Shown here in pieces: positions 58,299-64,000 of a stretch of DNA of 64,000 bases (its first letter is position 1; each line of letters starts with the position of its first letter). The DNA comes from a candidate division WWE3 bacterium (GTDB lineage: Bacteria > Patescibacteriota > WWE3 > UBA101185 > UBA10185), in the NCBI GenBank assembly GCA_052035175.1, contig JBPOHV010000001.1:233569-297568 (forward strand), given 5' to 3'. The position numbers and the translations under genes are program-made. Under the pieces are notes generated by a model. It saw only the letters and a list, made by a program, of their open reading frames with translations. It was not told where the DNA came from and searched no databases.

Positions 58299-60557
58299 AT
58301 GGCTAGAAGAGGTAGAAAAAAGAAATTTAAATTGAGTCTCGATATTCAACCTGAAACTATAAGGTCTGTTATTGCAGTTGTTCTTATTTTATTAGGAATA
58401 CTTAGCTTTATTTCTTTTTTAGCTCCAGATTATTATATAAACGAAAAGCTTCAGTTGATGCTTAGGGGTTTGTTTGGATACCCTTCTGTAATATTAGCTG
58501 GTTTGATTATAATTTCTGGTTTGGTTTTACTAGATTCATTTCAACATAAAATAAAAGAACCGCGCGTAGTTTTGGGTTTGATTATTTTACTTTTTTCTTT
58601 GTCTGGTATGTTTCATGTGTTTATATCTGCTAGTGAAGCAAAAGAACTGGCGATGGACGGTAGCGGCGGCGGATTAATAGGTTACTACTTGTCTAGATTA
58701 TTGGTACAAGCGTTGAGTAAGTACGGTGCAGTTATAGCACTTTTTGGTATAGTAGGAATTTCATTTCTTTTGATATTTGATAAGTCTCTAGATTATATTA
58801 TTGAATCTTTATCTGGTTTAAGTGAGAAATTTAATATTCATCTACCAAAATTTACAAAAAAACCTGTAGAAGCTACACAAGAAGAAACCACTTTATTTAC
58901 TGCTTCTTCAGAGAAATTTGATGAGAATGAAGATGCTGCTGAAACATATCAAGAAGTAGCTGAAGAGTTTGAAATAATTCCTTCTATGTCAGAACCTCAA
59001 GGCGAAATTGCTGTAGCATCAATAGATGACTCTAGCGATGCCGATGATACTGTTAGTGAATTACCCGAGGTTAAAATGCCCAAACTTCCGTATATAGATA
59101 AAGTTTGGCAAACACCCCCACTCGATATACTTATGGATCCTCCAGAAGTTGCTCCTGATGCTGGAGATATAAATGAAAATGCAAAAAAGATAAAAGATAC
59201 ACTCAGATCTTTTGGAATAAATGTAAATGTCGAAGATGTAAAGCCTGGCCCCTCTGTTACTCAATATGCATTGAGCTATGAGTCTGGCCAGACAAAAATT
59301 TCAAAGATCACTGGTTTGCAAAATGATTTGGCTATGGCATTGGCTTCTCAAACCGGGACTGTGCGTATAGAGGCTCCTATTCCAGGTAAATCTTTGATAG
59401 GTATCGAGGTACCAAATAGAAATAGAGTAATGGTTACATTCAAATCACAATTGATTTCTGACGCAATGAAAAAGATGAAATCTAAGCTTGGTATAGTTTT
59501 GGGTAAAGATGTAAGTGGTAAAACATTTGTATATGATATAGCCAAAATGCCTCATATGTTGGTAGCTGGAGCTACCGGCTCTGGTAAATCGGTTTTTATT
59601 CATAACATTTTATTTTCAATTTTATATAGAGCAAGTCCCCAAGAAGTTAAATTTATTCTTATAGACCCCAAAAGAGTCGAGCTTAATTATTATCAGGGTA
59701 TACCACATTTATATTGCCCAGTTGTTACAGATATGGAAAAAGCTCCATCAGTATTTAAGTGGGCTGTCGCAGAAATGGACCGCAGATATAAGTTGTTTGA
59801 AGCGGCTCGTGCACGTGACATAGATTCATATAACGAAAAATCAGGTTTTCAAGCTTTACCTTACATCGTAATAATTGTCGACGAGTTGGCCGAAATTATG
59901 GTGCAAGATCCTGCTGGTGTTGAAAAAAGCATAATTAGACTTGCGCAATTAGCCCGTGCAACTGGTATACACTTGATACTAGCTTTACAAAGACCTTCGA
60001 CAAATATCATTACAGGTTTAATAAAAGCCAATATTACGTGTAGGATTGCTTTTAACGTCGCTAGTGGTGTAGATTCACGCGTTATACTCGATCAGCCAGG
60101 TGCAGAGAAACTATTGGGTAAAGGAGATATGTTATTTATGCCACCAGATAATCCAAAGGCGATGCGTTTGCAAGGCTCATTCATCTCTGAAAAAGAAATT
60201 ATAAGCCTGGTTGATAGTCTAAAGTCTTTGGGTTTGAACCCAGAGTATAAACCAGAGATACTTGAAATGCATAATCCAAATAGCGGTTCTGGTAAATCAT
60301 CATCTGGTAAGCACGGAAGTGATGATGTTGATGAGTTATTTGATGAAGCTATGGACATAGTAGTTTCTACAGGTAAAGCTTCAGCTTCTTTATTGCAACG
60401 TAGACTTTCGATTGGTTATACACGCGCGGCTCGTATTTTAGATGAGCTAGAAGAAAAAGGTATTATAGGTCCCTCAATGGGAAGTAAAGCGAGAGATATT
60501 TTGCATAGTGCACCAAGTTTAGAAGAGCCCTCATTCGATGAATATGACGAAGAATGA
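58299..60557 (+). CDS. ftsK: DNA translocase FtsK/SpoIIIE
   Basis: 4 TM, AGATGSGKS, VDELAE, QRP and a gamma domain (LLQRRLSIGYTRAAR). Confidence 0.95.
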   Translation: MARRGRKKKFKLSLDIQPETIRSVIAVVLILLGILSFISFLAPDYYINEKLQLMLRGLFGYPSVILAGLIIISGLVLLDSFQHKIKEPRVVLGLIILLFSLSGMFHVFISASEAKELAMDGSGGGLIGYYLSRLLVQALSKYGAVIALFGIVGISFLLIFDKSLDYIIESLSGLSEKFNIHLPKFTKKPVEATQEETTLFTASSEKFDENEDAAETYQEVAEEFEIIPSMSEPQGEIAVASIDDSSDADDTVSELPEVKMPKLPYIDKVWQTPPLDILMDPPEVAPDAGDINENAKKIKDTLRSFGINVNVEDVKPGPSVTQYALSYESGQTKISKITGLQNDLAMALASQTGTVRIEAPIPGKSLIGIEVPNRNRVMVTFKSQLISDAMKKMKSKLGIVLGKDVSGKTFVYDIAKMPHMLVAGATGSGKSVFIHNILFSILYRASPQEVKFILIDPKRVELNYYQGIPHLYCPVVTDMEKAPSVFKWAVAEMDRRYKLFEAARARDIDSYNEKSGFQALPYIVIIVDELAEIMVQDPAGVEKSIIRLAQLARATGIHLILALQRPSTNIITGLIKANITCRIAFNVASGVDSRVILDQPGAEKLLGKGDMLFMPPDNPKAMRLQGSFISEKEIISLVDSLKSLGLNPEYKPEILEMHNPNSGSGKSSSGKHGSDDVDELFDEAMDIVVSTGKASASLLQRRLSIGYTRAARILDELEEKGIIGPSMGSKARDILHSAPSLEEPSFDEYDEE

Positions 60558-61297
60558 GTATGAATACATTAGGAAATTTATTAAAAAAGTCTCGTGAACG
60601 TAAACGATTAACTATCGAAGATATAAGTAAATCTACTAAAATAGGTGCAAAGTATCTAAAAGCGCTAGAAAATGATGATTATTCACAATTTGCTGATATA
60701 ACTCATTCAAAAGGTTTTTTAAAAATTTATTCAACTTTTTTAGAATTGAATACAGATGAAGTTTTAGCCCTGTGGCGCAGAGATTTTTCTATGCAATTTA
60801 AATCGACTCGCTTGGCAAATCCAGTTTTTAATAAATCGCCAAAAAGATTAAATGATTTTGTTTTTACTCCGTACACTATTGTAATAACTTTGGTGCTCAG
60901 TTGTATTTTCATATTTTTTGCATATTTGTTTTTTCAGTATCGTGGGTATGTTGATGTGCCAACTTTAGAGATCTCTTCACCAGCAAATAACGCTGTTTTG
61001 CAAGATAGCGTCTTGCGCGTTGAAGGAAAGACCGATTTGGAAACAGAAGTTTTTGTTAATAATCAAAAAATAGATGTTTCGCCAGACGGGACTTTTTCTA
61101 CAGTGCTAAAAGTTCGCGATGGTTTAAACAGTATTAGTATTACTGCAAAAAATAAATTGAATAGAGTATCAGAAAAGATTTTGAATGTTGTTTATAGTCC
61201 GCCACCACCGCTTATGCCTTATAAACCTACTTCAGAAGTTCCAGAAGCCACACCATCAATAGATGTTAGTAATGTTGACGAAGACTTGCATCAATAA
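60554..61297 (+). CDS. RodZ-like HTH-TM protein with Ig-like domain
   Basis: HTH (SKSTKI..KYLKALE), TM, Ig-like strand pattern; follows ftsK. Confidence 0.75.
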   Translation: MSMNTLGNLLKKSRERKRLTIEDISKSTKIGAKYLKALENDDYSQFADITHSKGFLKIYSTFLELNTDEVLALWRRDFSMQFKSTRLANPVFNKSPKRLNDFVFTPYTIVITLVLSCIFIFFAYLFFQYRGYVDVPTLEISSPANNAVLQDSVLRVEGKTDLETEVFVNNQKIDVSPDGTFSTVLKVRDGLNSISITAKNKLNRVSEKILNVVYSPPPPLMPYKPTSEVPEATPSIDVSNVDEDLHQ

Positions 61298-62270
61298 AGA
61301 TATCAATGTCTCCATCTAAAACGGTATCAGGATTGAATACCTCTGTATCTGTTCGTAAGTCTTTTACCAATTTGTACGGGTGCAAAATATAATTGCGGAT
61401 TTGATTTCCCCAGCCAGGCATTTTGTAGTCTCCTTTTAAATCTTTCTTTTCTTTTTCTATTTTTTCTAACTCTAATGCATAAAGTTTTGATTTCAATATT
61501 TTCAAAGCTTTTTCTCGGTTTTTACCTTGATATCTTTCTTCCTGACACTCTACAATAATTCCAGAAGGTATGTGTTTGATACGTACTGCGGTAGAAACTT
61601 TGTTTACATTTTGACCGCCTTTACCGCCAGACCTATACGCTTCAAATTCTACGTCTTCATCTTTTACTTCTATGTCGATGTTATCAGAGATCATTGGTAT
61701 GATTTCGACTAAAGCAAAAGAAGTTTGTCTTAAACTATCGGCATTAAAAGGAGATTGTCTTACTAACCTATGCACACCTGCTTCATTTTTCAAAAACCCA
61801 TATGCATAAAGACCATTTATTTCAAAAGAAACGCGTTTATAGCCGGTTTCTTCTCCAGGTGTTTCAGAAATCAAAGAAGTTTGCCAGTTTTTGCGTTCTG
61901 CATATCGGGTATACATACGATAAAGCATACCTGACCAATCCATAGCTTCGGTTCCACCTTGTCCAGCATGTATTGTCAAAATGGCGTCATTTGGGTCGTG
62001 TGCACCACCCAAAAAGGTTTTGAGTTCTAATTTTTTGTGCTCCTTATCGAATTCTTCGTTGTCGTCTTGTGCTAATAATTCTAAAAACTCAAACTCTTGA
62101 ATATCTTTTTCCAAATTAGCCAAATCTTTTGACAAAGACTGCCCTTTTTCCCAATCTTTCCATGTGGCTTCGTCTGCTAATTGCTCCTTTAGGTCTTTTA
62201 TTTTGGCTCTTTTTTCTTCGATGTATAAAGCTTTTCTTAAGTCTTCAAGCTTTTCTGTGCGACTTTCCAT
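61266..62270 (-). CDS. prfB: peptide chain release factor 2
   Basis: SPF motif and GGQ; a single continuous ORF. Confidence 0.93.
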   Translation of the reverse strand: MESRTEKLEDLRKALYIEEKRAKIKDLKEQLADEATWKDWEKGQSLSKDLANLEKDIQEFEFLELLAQDDNEEFDKEHKKLELKTFLGGAHDPNDAILTIHAGQGGTEAMDWSGMLYRMYTRYAERKNWQTSLISETPGEETGYKRVSFEINGLYAYGFLKNEAGVHRLVRQSPFNADSLRQTSFALVEIIPMISDNIDIEVKDEDVEFEAYRSGGKGGQNVNKVSTAVRIKHIPSGIIVECQEERYQGKNREKALKILKSKLYALELEKIEKEKKDLKGDYKMPGWGNQIRNYILHPYKLVKDLRTDTEVFNPDTVLDGDIDIFIDASLRQHY

Positions 62271-62285
62271 AACTAAGAGAGTATA

Positions 62286-63287
62286 TCATTCTGTATTTAA
62301 AACTGCTTGGCCATACAGCATTTCCAATTTATTGATAAGTGCAGTGTTTTCGGTATTATCTTCGATAGAGAGTGCTATATCTAAGGCAAACTTTAATCTC
62401 ATTCTTTGTACATATGTAGTAAATGTGTCTATGTTATCTTCAAGAAAGGTTGATATGTCCTTTGCTACTACTAATGGATCCCCATATAACGAATGGCTGA
62501 TGAAGTTGCGATGCATATAGCGTAAAAACGCTGTGTGCTGCAATACTGCAGTATCTATTGTATTCGCAAGTTCCGGGTCATCCTCACGGGTCATATCCCC
62601 GCGTGCTTGATCAACTACTAATACTATATCTTGGGCTGCAGCTATTAATGATGAGGGTTCGTCTTCTCGATATTTTGCTTGCTTATGTGTAAATCCGCCT
62701 GTATCAAGTATGACTGGCTTTTCATTTTGCAGTTCTGCTCTAGTTATTTCCGACATAGTGTCCATTATTGCTTGTGTAGATACTTTTGTCTCATCATGCA
62801 CTCTTGTGCTTCCATCAGGGCTAACTATTTTTACTGCATCCAAGTTTAGTGTAGGCCAGCCGATTGTTGCTAAATTCTTTACCAATGTAGTTTTACCTAT
62901 GTTGCTTCTACCAACGATAGCTATAGAAAACTTTGGTTTTATGTTTTTATATTCAGCGATCTCATTAATATCTGGTATAGGTATTCCGCAGTCTACGTGA
63001 TTTAAGACTTGGTTTATTACAGAGGTTATCGATAGTCCGGTTGCTAACAGACCTGCCACGATTGCAGTTTTTTGTTCTACAGTTAATTTTTCATGTTCTA
63101 TATTTTCAAAAAATACAGGTGGCTGTACTTGGTCATATATCATTGGTACATAGACTGTTGGCTGGCCTTCTAATTCGTATTTACCTATGCCGCTATTTAA
63201 AACTGTGAGCACATGTGTGGGAGAAGTTAGTTTTTCATTACTATTAGATTCAAGTGATGCTGGTGCCAGTGTATTTATTGAATTCAT
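62286..63287 (-). CDS. hypothetical P-loop NTPase-domain protein
   Basis: IVGRSNIGKTT Walker A and ILDTGG. Confidence 0.6.
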   Translation of the reverse strand: MNSINTLAPASLESNSNEKLTSPTHVLTVLNSGIGKYELEGQPTVYVPMIYDQVQPPVFFENIEHEKLTVEQKTAIVAGLLATGLSITSVINQVLNHVDCGIPIPDINEIAEYKNIKPKFSIAIVGRSNIGKTTLVKNLATIGWPTLNLDAVKIVSPDGSTRVHDETKVSTQAIMDTMSEITRAELQNEKPVILDTGGFTHKQAKYREDEPSSLIAAAQDIVLVVDQARGDMTREDDPELANTIDTAVLQHTAFLRYMHRNFISHSLYGDPLVVAKDISTFLEDNIDTFTTYVQRMRLKFALDIALSIEDNTENTALINKLEMLYGQAVLNTE

Positions 63288-64000
63288 ATCTTATCGATTT
63301 TGTAACCAACCCCGGTTATCGACGTTATTTTATGATATTTAAGTTTACTGTTGATGCGGCTTATTGTTTTGGTTATAGCTGCGTCAGAAAAACTTTCGTT
63401 ATCCTGACCCCATTTGATATCGGCAAGTTCGTCTCGCGTAATGAATTTTTTATCAATAATTGTTCGTAACACTGAGGCTTCATTTTTTGTTAGCTGTTCA
63501 CCAGTTTCCAAACTATTTTCTAGTAACGACATATCTTCTTTTATTTTGATATCTATCTTTGTTAGAGCTTTGATTGCATTGTTATCGGCATACCATTGTA
63601 GTATTTTACTATTGTATGTTTGTTCTGTTTTAATGCTTAGCTTTTCCAAAGTTTTATCTTCGGTATTTGCAATACTATCAAGTGTAGGTTTGACTAAATT
63701 CAGAAAATGATCATCAGTCGTTGTTAATTGTATAGGCTGTTCAAGTAGATACTGATTAAGTGCTAAATGTTTTGCTATGCGTAGTATCCCACCAGACCAG
63801 TTATATATTTTTTCAAAATTCTCACCAGAGATTTCGATATTCATGTCTAGTAATGAATCTTGTAATTCGTTTTTATATCGTGATCTGAAAAAGAAGAAAT
63901 CGTATACATGGCTTGCAATAAATGAACTTTTCCATTCGTTAGTTGTGAGTAAATCTGGCATGTTGATTGCAAGTATAAAAGTATTTTTTGGGTGCATATC
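63284..64000 (-). CDS. protein with C-terminal OmpR-type winged helix, 5' end probably beyond the window
   Basis: LTKNE..VL...ITRDELA..KW...AITKTISRINSKL...GVGYKI; the WSGGIL motif resembles an AAA lid. Confidence 0.7.
   Translation of the reverse strand, partial: DMHPKNTFILAINMPDLLTTNEWKSSFIASHVYDFFFFRSRYKNELQDSLLDMNIEISGENFEKIYNWSGGILRIAKHLALNQYLLEQPIQLTTTDDHFLNLVKPTLDSIANTEDKTLEKLSIKTEQTYNSKILQWYADNNAIKALTKIDIKIKEDMSLLENSLETGEQLTKNEASVLRTIIDKKFITRDELADIKWGQDNESFSDAAITKTISRINSKLKYHKITSITGVGYKIDKI

Noticed and set aside
670-63710. Many 60-130 aa ORFs antisense or nested in long genes
   Set aside because: Shadow frames of well-supported genes, with no motifs.
1-64000. CRISPR array, rRNA, IS/transposase, prophage
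   Set aside because: No repeat-spacer arrays or recognisable motifs seen by eye.

Overview
AT-rich bacterial DNA using the standard code (TGA = stop). Gene content and order suggest a Patescibacteria/CPR genome, possibly WWE3/Microgenomates-like (inference): minimal IF2, GAD-less AspRS, AAA-only Lon, and many membrane-anchored hypothetical proteins. Most of the window is housekeeping: typA, tgt, lysS, greA, pepF, recJ, aspS, gltX, recA-recX-rny-ymdB-hup, dnaJ, nusA-infB-rpsO-pnp, udg, rnj, ftsK and prfB. It also holds a fermentation cluster (ADP-forming acyl-CoA synthetase, 2-oxoacid:ferredoxin oxidoreductase alpha/beta, flavodoxin) and an MgtA-like P-type ATPase. The standout is at 5182-5246 (-): a 65-nt tRNA-Thr(CGU)-like gene with an encoded CCA and Thr identity elements. 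Its T-arm is reduced to a 2-bp GCAA hairpin and its D-loop lacks G18G19. It has its own extended -10 promoter and ends 4 nt before the start of an uncharacterised Rossmann-like (PvcA/Dit1-like) enzyme, with two nucleotidyltransferase genes transcribed divergently. This is a candidate dedicated, non-ribosomal tRNA system. Other points: pervasive leaderless-type gene starts, a LysRS-HD fusion, several structured 3' RNAs behind orphan genes, and a pho-box-like repeat beside an orphan winged-helix regulator. No CRISPR array, rRNA or transposase was seen. All calls are by eye; no searches were run.
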